Origin: Candidatus Nanopelagicaceae bacterium
Lineage (GTDB): Archaea > Asgardarchaeota > Lokiarchaeia > Sigyniarchaeales > SOKP01
Assembly: GCA_035530895.1 (NCBI GenBank)
Contig: DATKTW010000106.1
Location: forward strand, 1 to 55,361
DNA length: 55,361 nt
Direction of reading: 5' to 3'
Below are positions 20,097 to 29,478 of the stretch, piece by piece. Both the position numbers and the translations under genes were made by a program. Below the pieces are notes generated by a model. It did not search any database, was not told where the DNA came from, and saw only the letters and a program-made list of their open reading frames with translations. Every line of letters starts with the position of its first letter. Positions within the stretch are counted from its first letter, which is position 1.

Positions 20097-21092
20097 TTAA
20101 TTAATTAAAGTTTCTTTTATTTTATCGATTAATTGATTGAGACTTTCCTCTACATCATTCTTACCATTCAAAGTAGCAGCACCATCATGTCCACCACCAT
20201 TCACATTATTTATTTCACTTATAATTTTCCCAAGATGTAAGCCTGTTTTTAGGCAAACTTGTTTTTTTGCTCGAGTAGAGATTCTATAATCAGATTTATC
20301 TTCAGATACGACAATTCCAATATCAAAACCCACATTTGTTAAGATTGAAGCAGCAGAAGCGCTAAAGCTACTAAGATGTGATATTCCTATTAACCAATTG
20401 TTAATTCGAATTAATTTAACTCTTTGAAGCGCTTTAATTCGTGCAATTTTCTCTGAGATGTCTTTTTCATTTTTTAGTAAGGGGATTATATCTTGAATTT
20501 CTAACTGACCCTGTAAGATATTATTTAAACTTTTTATGGTTCTGGTATTTCCATACTTGAGAAATCCAGAATCGGTCAAGATTGCTGATACAAGAAGATA
20601 TTTATATGGTATTGGAAGCTTTATGGTGCAATCATCAAATAATTCTAACACTATTTCTGATGTCGAAGAATAATTATCAAAAATCAAATTAAGTGACGAA
20701 ACATTACCTAGATAATCCTTCTGTAAATTTAAATGATGATCTATAAAGATATAAGGAATATCCAAATCTAAATTATTAAATAGCTTTATTTGGTCTAGAT
20801 TATTAGAGTCAACTATCGCGATAACATCGATATCTGATAATTCAACATGTTCTTGAAAGGTAAAGTTAAAGTTTGGAAATTTTGTACTAAATTTGTTTAT
20901 AAAACTTTTTGTATGCTTAGATAGTCCTGAAAAAGTTAAATGTATGTTTTGGTTAGGGAAATAATAATCAAAACAATATTTTAAGACAATCCCTGAGATA
21001 AAACCATCAAGGTCTGCTAAATCATGGGTGGTAATTAAGAGATTTTTTCCTTTTAAAAAGTTTAAAAAATCCTCTTTTTTAGAATTAAGCAT
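20097..21092 (-). CDS. DHH/DHHA1 phosphoesterase (NrnA/RecJ-like)
   Basis: Motifs HDLADLDG, DSNN, IDHH and C-terminal GGGHDGAA. Confidence 0.75.
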   Translation of the reverse strand: MLNSKKEDFLNFLKGKNLLITTHDLADLDGFISGIVLKYCFDYYFPNQNIHLTFSGLSKHTKSFINKFSTKFPNFNFTFQEHVELSDIDVIAIVDSNNLDQIKLFNNLDLDIPYIFIDHHLNLQKDYLGNVSSLNLIFDNYSSTSEIVLELFDDCTIKLPIPYKYLLVSAILTDSGFLKYGNTRTIKSLNNILQGQLEIQDIIPLLKNEKDISEKIARIKALQRVKLIRINNWLIGISHLSSFSASAASILTNVGFDIGIVVSEDKSDYRISTRAKKQVCLKTGLHLGKIISEINNVNGGGHDGAATLNGKNDVEESLNQLIDKIKETLIN

Positions 21093-21107
21093 GAATATTT
21101 CATTAAA

Positions 21108-21464
21108 TTATTGATTTTGAAGATCTGCTTGAAGAGATTTTTGCATATTTTCAAAAGTGCTCTTTGTTCTTTCTATTTTTTGAGCAAGCGTGGTTGAACG
21201 CATATTTAAGGTTTCTTTATCCGATTTTTTTTCTGCCAGAAGCTTATCTCTTTCGCTTCTAACCATTATACCACCGATTTGCTTATAAACTGTTGTATCG
21301 TGGCTTGCTCTTTCTAACTCTTCTAATGCAAGTTCTGTTTCTCTGATAGAACTATCAATTTGAATCTTCTGTTGTGTTAGGAGTTCTAAAGTCTGCCCAA
21401 CCTGAGTTAAATTTTGAAATTTTTTTTTTGTTTCTTCATCTAATTGGTCCAAATTAATCGTCAA
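21108..21464 (-). CDS. pfdB: prefoldin beta subunit
   Basis: 118 aa coiled-coil / beta-hairpin / coiled-coil (VYKQIGGIMVRSERDKL). Conserved superoperon position. TTG start. Confidence 0.8.
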   Translation of the reverse strand: MTINLDQLDEETKKKFQNLTQVGQTLELLTQQKIQIDSSIRETELALEELERASHDTTVYKQIGGIMVRSERDKLLAEKKSDKETLNMRSTTLAQKIERTKSTFENMQKSLQADLQNQ

Positions 21465-21540
21465 CGAAAATCACAAAATTTGTTTTATAATATCAAATGA
21501 AATGTGGAATATGAAATTTACGAATAATTTAATCTAAGAC

Positions 21541-21813
21541 TTATTGCGTTTTATTTACAATATTCAAAACGCCTTCAAATATACGACCAAAACTGATGAT
21601 TTCATTAATTGTTGCCCTGAATGCAGTAATATCTTTACTTTCTATTGAAAAGATTAAGGAATTTTCTTCTTTTTTTAAAGTTATAGTAGCTCTTTTTGAT
21701 TTTTGAACTTTAAATTCAGGTAAAAAAGAGTTATACGAATAATTACATAATTCAGGCGTTTTAAATTGAAACTCTAAAGTAGATTTAATAGTAAGTAAGT
21801 TATTATTATTCAT
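21541..21813 (-). CDS. pcc1: KEOPS subunit Pcc1-like
   Basis: 90 aa. LEFQFKTPELCNYSYNSFLPE...IESKDITAFRATINEIISF parallels archaeal Pcc1 (...IKATDSSALRGTVNSYLRW, recalled from memory). It lies between eL43 and prefoldin, as in other archaea. Confidence 0.65.
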   Translation of the reverse strand: MNNNNLLTIKSTLEFQFKTPELCNYSYNSFLPEFKVQKSKRATITLKKEENSLIFSIESKDITAFRATINEIISFGRIFEGVLNIVNKTQ

Positions 21814-22103
21814 TATTCTTCTATAGCATCTAACTCTCGTTGTTTTTGCTTCGCTATTCTAAAAGATTCCGCACCTCGAGGAGTTTGGGTGTAATAAGCA
21901 CCACCAGTAAATTTAGCATCGCATTTTTTACAATGCCATACACCTGTGGAGATTCTATTAATAGATCCTTTTGTTTCGCATCGTGGACATTTTAAATTGC
22001 CACCTTTTTGTTTCTCCATTACTAATCGCCATTTCTTTCGAACATTACCACCATAACGCGCACCAAAGGTTGCAGAAATTCCTGTTTTTTTTGTTTTACC
22101 CAT
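21813..22103 (-). CDS. rpl37ae: ribosomal protein eL43 (L37Ae)
   Basis: GISATFGARYGGNVRK plus the CPRC...CKKC zinc ribbon. The ATG at 22103 is preferred over the GTG at 22112. Confidence 0.9.
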   Translation of the reverse strand: MGKTKKTGISATFGARYGGNVRKKWRLVMEKQKGGNLKCPRCETKGSINRISTGVWHCKKCDAKFTGGAYYTQTPRGAESFRIAKQKQRELDAIEE

Positions 22104-22301
22104 ATTGATCACTAGTTTCTTTTATAATAATGTGTTTAAATAAAAACTATTATAAACTTTAAATTTTTCCAATGAAGAAACGATGTGGAACTTTTGAAAC
22201 TCTGAGAAGAGTAAGAAAAGTAACTTAAATTAAGAAATGAATTGGTCCTGTTTCTTATAAATGAAAAATAAAAAAAATTAAATTAACTAAAAATTTTAAT
22301 C

Positions 22302-23120
22302 CTAACGCTTGTATTGCCAAAGATTTAAATCTTTTCTGATCTTCTTGCCAATCTCCATAGATTTTTTACCTAACATCTCTATTTCCTTTATAGATAAAGT
22401 AGCATATCCACTTTTTTGAATAGATGTTATTTTATCTTCGGTTACCGAAATTGAAATATTTCCATCGCATACTAATTCTTCTGGTAAACTCGGATCTAAG
22501 AAAATAATATCACCAATTTTTCCATATGTTAAAATTATAGGTAATTCGTTCACAAGTGTATCTCCGCTCAAATATTTACCCGTCCATGTAACTTCGTTGT
22601 TCTCCCATATTCCTTCAGGGATTTTGCTTGAAATTAACGTAGTTAAAGCGCTAATGCCACCAGCATCAATTAAATTCCCTGAATAATTAATAACATAAAT
22701 ATCCACGAATAGAATATAGACTGCTGCATTTTCCTTTATACACAACTTTTTCGTTTGAACACAGTCTGCATGGCGAATTCCCCTATCAACAACGCGTGCT
22801 AATTCTATAGATTGTTCGTCAGGAGGACCTCTTTCAAACAAAGGAGATGCTAAAGGTAATAGTTCAGCCATAAATGTACAAACTCCCTCGTTAGGAAGAT
22901 CTGGAAATGGTGCACCTACATCGTACTTCAATCCAGTGATCACCCGTGTTTTTCCTAAAGAAACTTCAGCAGATCCCTCCGCTGAAGCTATTACATTACT
23001 TTTAACACTCCAGTCTCTATGCTGCCAAAGATCTCTGCCATCTATTCTTTCTCCTTTTTTCAGATTTGAAAGAATATAATTCTTTTCTATAGTCGATATT
23101 ACTCGCTTTATATTCATCAT
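22302..23120 (-). CDS. rrp42: exosome complex component Rrp42
   Basis: RNase PH-like fold without the Rrp41-type phosphate site. RIDGRD motif. Overlaps rrp41 by 4 nt. Confidence 0.85.
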   Translation of the reverse strand: MMNIKRVISTIEKNYILSNLKKGERIDGRDLWQHRDWSVKSNVIASAEGSAEVSLGKTRVITGLKYDVGAPFPDLPNEGVCTFMAELLPLASPLFERGPPDEQSIELARVVDRGIRHADCVQTKKLCIKENAAVYILFVDIYVINYSGNLIDAGGISALTTLISSKIPEGIWENNEVTWTGKYLSGDTLVNELPIILTYGKIGDIIFLDPSLPEELVCDGNISISVTEDKITSIQKSGYATLSIKEIEMLGKKSMEIGKKIRKDLNLWQYKR

Positions 23121-23884
23121 TCTTTTTTCTCTCCTCCACTGTATTCTTCTTGAATTTCGATGTATTTCTTTTTCAACGCGTCCAGCTGAATTTCATAGAT
23201 TTTAGAGATTGCGTCTTTAGCAAGGCTTAAGTACTTGCTAAATTCATCTAAATCCATACTACCATCAAATTGAAGTAATGAGAGTTCTTCGTTAAACCAT
23301 GTCATTGCACAAGGTAAATCTGCTTCACCTGCTTTATCCTCTATCCCTGATAGATCAGTAATTAATTCTCCATCAATTTTTCCCACAGCAACGGCGGTTA
23401 CTAAACTTTTCATAGGAACACCTGCATCTGCAAGTGCTAATGCTGCAACCGTGGTACAAGCACATCGTGTTCCACCATCGGCATCCATAACGTTGATAAA
23501 AACCTCAAAAGCTGTTCCAGGATAAAGTTCTAAAAAGAGAACGGGTTCCAGGCAGTCAGTTATTACCATTGAAACTTCTTTTTCTCGGCGACCAGGAGCA
23601 GGGCGTTTTCTTTCAAACACCGAAAAAGTTGCCATCCGATAAAAAACGCGTAAAATTCCTCTGTCTGGTTTTGCTAAATGGTGAGGATGTACTTCTCTCG
23701 GTCCATAAACGGCAGCATATATTTTGTTGTTACCCCATTCGATGTAAGCTGAACCGTCAGCATTTTCTAAGACTCCTACTTCCATTTTAATAGGTCTCAG
23801 CTCGTATTTATCTCGGCCGTCTAACCTCTTACCGTCTTCACGAAATAACTTCTCCGGATACTCATCTTTAATAATTAACGGCAT
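23117..23884 (-). CDS. rrp41: exosome complex exonuclease Rrp41
   Basis: RNase PH domain with RLDGRDKYELRP, DADGGTRCA and GEADL motifs. Confidence 0.9.
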   Translation of the reverse strand: MPLIIKDEYPEKLFREDGKRLDGRDKYELRPIKMEVGVLENADGSAYIEWGNNKIYAAVYGPREVHPHHLAKPDRGILRVFYRMATFSVFERKRPAPGRREKEVSMVITDCLEPVLFLELYPGTAFEVFINVMDADGGTRCACTTVAALALADAGVPMKSLVTAVAVGKIDGELITDLSGIEDKAGEADLPCAMTWFNEELSLLQFDGSMDLDEFSKYLSLAKDAISKIYEIQLDALKKKYIEIQEEYSGGEKKE

Positions 23885-24694
23885 TTAATTCATACCTCTT
23901 ATCTTTTTTTCATTCTCAATATATTCAGACATTCGGTCTGTTAACCCAACAGTATGGGCTTCTTCTTCTATTTTTCGTATCGCATCTATTAATAATCTTT
24001 CATGAGCCAAATCTTCGCCTTTTAACCAAATACGACCATTTTGAGTCACAAATATATTACTTTTAGTCAGGTTTTTTAACATTTTAATCATCGAACCACT
24101 ACGCCCTATAACGCGGGGTATTTTTGGAGGGTCAATTGTGATTACTAATCCATCCCTTCTTTTACCTAAGTATTTACCCACGGTTGTTAATTCCGGTTTA
24201 TTTAACCTATCTGCCGAAAGTACTTTAACTATTAAAATGTCTCCGATTTCATACTTTTCCGTAGAATTATCCTGATCATCAGATGCTCCGCCTCTGTAAC
24301 CTCTCGGTTTTCCTCTTGTTACTGTGTTCTTAGGTTTTAAAACTCCGTTGTCTTTCGAGTTTATATCGCATATGTATTTAACGGGATTTTTATCAGTAAC
24401 TAACGCAATTATTTTGTCTCCTGGACGGGGTGTATAAAATCCTCTAAGGGGAATTACATTAATGTAATTTCTCTTAACTTGTTTTAATCCAATATTTAAG
24501 GAAATAATTTTAGATCTATCTTTATTAAATATCGTTCCACGTCCCGGTAGGAAATTTTTTGTATCCTCTGATAAAATTTCTCCAGGTACTACAAGATCGC
24601 GGGAAGTTTCCTCGTCATCAAACTCATCGATATCTACGTCCTCAGAAGTATCTACTGTAGGATCTTCAATAGGTTCATCTTTCTCGTGTTCCAT
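23885..24694 (-). CDS. rrp4: exosome RNA-binding subunit Rrp4 (S1 + KH)
   Basis: VVPGE N-terminal domain, an S1 region, and KH motif VIGRSGSMIKMLK. It has an acidic N-terminal extension and a Gly/Arg-rich insert (GKPRGYRGGASDD). Confidence 0.85.
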   Translation of the reverse strand: MEHEKDEPIEDPTVDTSEDVDIDEFDDEETSRDLVVPGEILSEDTKNFLPGRGTIFNKDRSKIISLNIGLKQVKRNYINVIPLRGFYTPRPGDKIIALVTDKNPVKYICDINSKDNGVLKPKNTVTRGKPRGYRGGASDDQDNSTEKYEIGDILIVKVLSADRLNKPELTTVGKYLGKRRDGLVITIDPPKIPRVIGRSGSMIKMLKNLTKSNIFVTQNGRIWLKGEDLAHERLLIDAIRKIEEEAHTVGLTDRMSEYIENEKKIRGMN

Positions 24695-24787
24695 TTCTTA
24701 AACTCACTTTTTCTTATTATTTATACTTTTACTTAACCAATGTCGTAAAAAAAAAATCTAAACAAAAATTAGTTAAAAATTATTCGG

Positions 24788-25579
24788 CTAAGATTTCATA
24801 ATTTTAGTTTGAACTCTTCCATGAGTAAGTTTATTTAACTTGTCTACTAATTCCATCTGCAAACCTGCTGGCAAACTAACAACTGATACCCAAGATCCAT
24901 CCGATTGCCACTCCTCGTTCTTAATTTGCGCTATTTGCGCTACTATATTATAACCTTTCGCTGTAAATGCAGAAGGTATCTTAAGCGCAAGTTCTACCTG
25001 TTCCATTCGAATAGGTATGATTGCCCGTATTTGTTTGATAACATCATCAACCTGTTCTTCTGCATTTCTCATTAAGTCAACTTTAACTTTAGCTTCTTCT
25101 ATAGCTTTCTCGATTCTCTGATAAGGATGTGGCTTCTTATTTTGAGGATTTATCGCATTTTTGGTAATTATTGTTATAATTTGTTTTAATTTCTTTTCCC
25201 TCTCTTCATCTCTTTGAGAGCGAGTCCATTGAATCTCCCCATCAAGTAAAATATAGCCCGCTATAATTCTCCCTTCTGTAGTGTTAAATACAGCCTCCAT
25301 ATCACCATCAGTAGCTTTTTTTCCTCGCCTTAAATCCTCAAATACAATGAAACTTTCGAAAATTAATTCAATTGCTATCTTAGGATTCTTTAGAAGTTCG
25401 TCCACAGAAACACGTGATTTATCCTTTCCATCTACAAAACGCTTCTTGATTTCGTCTCGAATCATTTTTTTCGCTTCCCAAGCCTGATCTGGGGCTATTA
25501 GCATTTCAAATGTTCGACCCTCTTTTTCAATGCGTCCGATTATAAAATCGCCTAAATCTATCCGCGCTCTTTCTATCAT
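24788..25579 (-). CDS. sdo1: SBDS/Sdo1 ribosome maturation protein
   Basis: 263 aa with an FYSH-domain-like N-terminus (RIEKEGRTFEMLIAPDQAW). Conserved position between psmA and rrp4. Confidence 0.85.
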   Translation of the reverse strand: MIERARIDLGDFIIGRIEKEGRTFEMLIAPDQAWEAKKMIRDEIKKRFVDGKDKSRVSVDELLKNPKIAIELIFESFIVFEDLRRGKKATDGDMEAVFNTTEGRIIAGYILLDGEIQWTRSQRDEEREKKLKQIITIITKNAINPQNKKPHPYQRIEKAIEEAKVKVDLMRNAEEQVDDVIKQIRAIIPIRMEQVELALKIPSAFTAKGYNIVAQIAQIKNEEWQSDGSWVSVVSLPAGLQMELVDKLNKLTHGRVQTKIMKS

Positions 25580-25696
25580 TGAAACTTATCTCGATTTGCT
25601 TTATGGAAATATTTCGTTTCTGTATGTTTTTTGCCTTCTATTATTAGATAAACGTTAATTTGAGATAACCTTGAATTAGATATAATTGTAAGAAGA

Positions 25697-26413
25697 TTAT
25701 ATTTTAGCTAATAATTCATCTTTTTCTTGATCATTTAATAGTTTAAATTTTAAATCGTCTTTCATAATGAAAGCTACATCACAAGTATCCTTATTTAAAT
25801 TTTCACCCATTAATTCCTTCAAGGTCCTTAAAGGTAATAATTTTAGGTCCTCATCATTTATATCTTCTTTATAATTTTCTTCAAGGTAAGCTCTTGCTTC
25901 AGTCGCTCCTGACCCAATCGCAAAGGCTTTATAACCCCACATAGCTCCACTTGGATCAGTTAAGTACAAGGAAGCTTCTCCATTGGAATCAATTCCAGCT
26001 ATAAGAAAACTTACTCCAAAAGGTCTTACGCCCGCATTCTGAGTAAACAATTGGAGGTATTCGCAAATGTTTAAGGTGCTATCTTTTACAGAAATTTTTT
26101 CATCATAATTTAAAATATTAACCTGTGCTTGGACGCGAGCTTTATCAACTAAAACTCTTGCGTCAGCTGTTAAACCGGCAATGGCTACTCCAATATGGTC
26201 GTCAACTTTAAAAATTTTCTCAGAGCCAATAATCTCTTGAAGCTCGGAACTCTTTTTCTCAACGGTAAATACAACAGAATTATTATTTCTACATACAATA
26301 GCCGTTGTTCCTCTTCTCACAGCTTCTATGGCGTACTCAACTTGAAAAAGACGACCCTCAGGGGAAAACTGAGTTATAGCCATATCATAGCCCCTTCCTG
26401 CTTGCTGAAACAT
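25697..26413 (-). CDS. psmA: proteasome alpha subunit
   Basis: YDMAITQFSPEGRLFQVEYA N-terminal signature. Confidence 0.9.
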   Translation of the reverse strand: MFQQAGRGYDMAITQFSPEGRLFQVEYAIEAVRRGTTAIVCRNNNSVVFTVEKKSSELQEIIGSEKIFKVDDHIGVAIAGLTADARVLVDKARVQAQVNILNYDEKISVKDSTLNICEYLQLFTQNAGVRPFGVSFLIAGIDSNGEASLYLTDPSGAMWGYKAFAIGSGATEARAYLEENYKEDINDEDLKLLPLRTLKELMGENLNKDTCDVAFIMKDDLKFKLLNDQEKDELLAKI

Positions 26414-26677
26414 GATTCTCTCCTAATAGAATTTTTAATTAATTTTTATTATGTATTTTTTTTTACTATTAATAATCATATAATGAATAAAATTTATATT
26501 TTGTCTAAATAAAGTATAACCTTTAATGTAATTTGTATCCGAAAATCCAGATAAAAATCTTAAAAGAAAATAGTAAAAAAATATGAAAGATATGAAATCT
26601 CAATCCTTAAAAAAGTAAATCAATTTTTTGAATTAGTAAATTCTATGCCATTCTTTTATTTTTTACTTTTTATTTAG

Positions 26678-27871
26678 TTAAGTTCTCAATTCAAATTTGT
26701 CTTTAATTCCTAAGTTAGTTAGTAAAGTTTGCATTTCACTGATATCTGGCTCTGAACCTACGGGTAACCCTAATTCTTGTCTCCTATGTTCGATAGCTGG
26801 CTGAGAAGGTATAGCTTTCGCACTGTCAAAAATTGTTTTGGCTTGTTTAACAATAAAGTCTGGTCCTTTACCCAGAGCAATACTCTGGTTCTTCAAAAAT
26901 GTGAATAAATCTGTTAGTTTGATATCTTGAGGACATACTTCATCACACGTATGACATGTTGTACAACCCCAGATTACTATATTGTCTCCTTTTAAGAGCA
27001 AATCTTTATACCCTAAAAGAGTGGCTAAGATATTCCTTCTTGGGTTATAGTTTCCCTGTGTAACATTGGAAACAGGACATTCAGATGTACAAATTCCACA
27101 TTGCAAACATGGATAAAGCGAAGGGTTTTGCTTTAATAAATTTATTGCCCACTTTCTATCCTTACTTGAGACGCCATCCGAACTTACATCGTCCCTAGAA
27201 CTTTTACGATATACGTAAGGGTCACTTGTTGATCGAAACTTTCGAATCAACTTGTGATAAAACCATCCGATAAACGCAATACCAAAGAAAAAGTAGTATA
27301 AGCCAAGCATGTATAACGAACTTGCCGACGTGAACGATATTATTGAGTGGAAAAAAATGAGAACCAATCCTGCCATGGAAACATTATGGAGGATTTTATT
27401 GATGCTATATCTATATCCCTTTTTAAATGCGGTCGCTCTAAGTTTTCTGATTGCTTTATGCTTCACTAGACTATTTGACATGAAGATTTTTGCCAGTACC
27501 ATCACAATAACGATAGAAGCCCATCCAAAGGTTCCTGTACTTAATTGAATAGGGTCAAGGCTTCCTCCTATGCGCAATAATGGAAAATGGAGAGAACCGA
27601 GAATTAATGCAATAACAGCCGTCCACATGTGGAAATTAAGTAACCAATCCAAACTAAAATTTGTTTCTATAACTTTTATCTTTGTCATGATGATGATGTT
27701 AAAACTCATCCAAATAAAAGAGAAAATGCCAAATAAACTTCCAATTCTATGAATTATATCATAAGATCCTAGATAAGTATATGGTTCTTCAATCAAGTAG
27801 ACTATTGAAGCAATTATAGGAAAAATTGCATATATCAGTAACAAGTAAATCTTATTTGTTTTAGTTTCCAT
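26678..27871 (-). CDS. fusion protein: ferric-reductase-type (NOX/FRD-like) bis-heme membrane domain + HdrC-like 2x[4Fe-4S] domain
   Basis: The N-terminal half has about six TM segments and two His pairs spaced 13 and 12 residues apart (HMWTAVIALILGSLH; HNVSMAGLVLIFFH). The C-terminal half has CLQCGICTSECP and CTTCHTCDEVCP, with HdrC-like flanks. Confidence 0.7.
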   Translation of the reverse strand: METKTNKIYLLLIYAIFPIIASIVYLIEEPYTYLGSYDIIHRIGSLFGIFSFIWMSFNIIIMTKIKVIETNFSLDWLLNFHMWTAVIALILGSLHFPLLRIGGSLDPIQLSTGTFGWASIVIVMVLAKIFMSNSLVKHKAIRKLRATAFKKGYRYSINKILHNVSMAGLVLIFFHSIISFTSASSLYMLGLYYFFFGIAFIGWFYHKLIRKFRSTSDPYVYRKSSRDDVSSDGVSSKDRKWAINLLKQNPSLYPCLQCGICTSECPVSNVTQGNYNPRRNILATLLGYKDLLLKGDNIVIWGCTTCHTCDEVCPQDIKLTDLFTFLKNQSIALGKGPDFIVKQAKTIFDSAKAIPSQPAIEHRRQELGLPVGSEPDISEMQTLLTNLGIKDKFELRT

Positions 27872-28126
27872 CTTTTTTTTCCTTTGTACCCTATTTTTAG
27901 AATCAATTTGGACATTCCAGAGAAAAATGTGTAAGTAGATTATATTTGATTTATATCGTTATTAAATTTCATTATCAATCTCTGAAACTTTGTAAAATAA
28001 TTATATTAAATGTTATAAAAGGATTATTTTTATAAAAAGTTTAAATTAAATTTGAGCTAAATTGATCACCAATTAATATATATTAAGTTAGATCGGGTTT
28101 ATAATATAAAAAAAAGTGTTACTAAA

Positions 28127-28549
28127 CTAACTCCAAGCAACCTTATTGATAAAAATCGACCACTCAAGCAAGATAAGTCCCATATCTTGCGTATGGGCTA
28201 TTATGTATTCTCCTTCTTTCGTAACGGACCCAACTATATTGCCTTTTCCTCCAACGATATTTTTTGCCGCTAGTTGTATCTCATCGTTTTTTAAAATGGC
28301 ATATCTATAACTCTGGAACATTAAAGCAGGTTCATTTTCTTTCCACGCTTTTAAGATGGCTTTCGCTTCTTCATCAGATAATTGGAATTCTTCAGATTTA
28401 AAAAGGATTTCACTTTCAGGACTCAACACGAAAATCTCTTCCATACCGTCATATTCCCTTAATTCTTCTACTAAATAATTAAACCGTTGTAGTTCCATAT
28501 CTCCACCATAATTTTCTAATATTGTATTTAATGAATCATAAAACCACAA
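28127..28549 (-). CDS. profilin-like protein
   Basis: 140 aa. N-terminal W-x2-Y-x3-L pattern (MWFYDSLNTIL). Core YRYAILKNDEIQLAAKN..GGKGNIVGSVTKEGEYIIAHT parallels the profilin segment xKYxxLRxDxxxIxGKKGxxGxxxxKT. TTG start. Confidence 0.6.
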   Translation of the reverse strand: MWFYDSLNTILENYGGDMELQRFNYLVEELREYDGMEEIFVLSPESEILFKSEEFQLSDEEAKAILKAWKENEPALMFQSYRYAILKNDEIQLAAKNIVGGKGNIVGSVTKEGEYIIAHTQDMGLILLEWSIFINKVAWS

Positions 28550-28682
28550 GAATATAAATTTTGTTAGAATGAAAGAAAGTCAGAATTAAATACGTTCTTG
28601 ATATAATGTGAGAAAAAGAGAAATTTTAGATTTAAGCAATTCTTTCTAATATTATTCATAATACTAATTTTTGAGAATTTTT

Positions 28683-29477
28683 ATGGTAAAAACACTGGTT
28701 CTATACGATCAAATATATAATATCCCAAAAAAAGGCAATATCAAAGATATATCGATAAGATACCTTAAATATTTAAAAGAATTAACCCAGAGCTTTCCGG
28801 ACACCAAAATACATATTAAGAAATTAAGGAAATTTGATAATAGGTTTGAAATTCTCATATCAGGTTCCGAAGAAGTATTCATTTTAAACATACTAAAAAA
28901 AAAGATTGGGGCTATCCATGAATTTGATACTGTTAAGACAAACGATATCTTTAAAGGAGTCTTACTGGATGTAGGAAAAGTAGGCTTTGGAATTTTTGTA
29001 GACTGTGCCATTGTAAACCCTAAGGTAGATGTATTATTAAACCTCTATGACATACGAACTCAACTGTGTAATGGAAAAAATGTTTCATTGCCAGAAATTA
29101 TTAAGGCTTATGATTTTATTAATAAATTCCCTGTTTATATGAAAGTAGTTACGATAAATAAAGAAAAACAACAAATCCAAGGCATTTTGGATCAAAAAAC
29201 TTTAGACTTTTACGAAAAACTGATTTCAGAGAATCTCGAGGCGGTTTTTGTCAGTGGTGAAACTAAAGGTCAATTTAAAAAAGCACTTGTGAACACCGGT
29301 CATTTTCGAGACATTGTTTCAATAGAGCGATTCGGATTTTTAGAAAACATTGTAATATTAAGAGAATCTACTACTGCTCCAGGAATTATCGCAGATATAG
29401 GAAAACATCTTAAAAACTGCAAATTAAATGCAATTCGGCCCGAAAGAATTAAGAAATTATATAAATCGAAATTATAA
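28683..29477 (+). CDS. hypothetical protein
   Basis: 264-aa ORF from the ATG at 28683 (the track starts at the TTG at 28671). No family recognised. Confidence 0.5.
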   Translation: MVKTLVLYDQIYNIPKKGNIKDISIRYLKYLKELTQSFPDTKIHIKKLRKFDNRFEILISGSEEVFILNILKKKIGAIHEFDTVKTNDIFKGVLLDVGKVGFGIFVDCAIVNPKVDVLLNLYDIRTQLCNGKNVSLPEIIKAYDFINKFPVYMKVVTINKEKQQIQGILDQKTLDFYEKLISENLEAVFVSGETKGQFKKALVNTGHFRDIVSIERFGFLENIVILRESTTAPGIIADIGKHLKNCKLNAIRPERIKKLYKSKL

Positions 29478-29478
29478 A

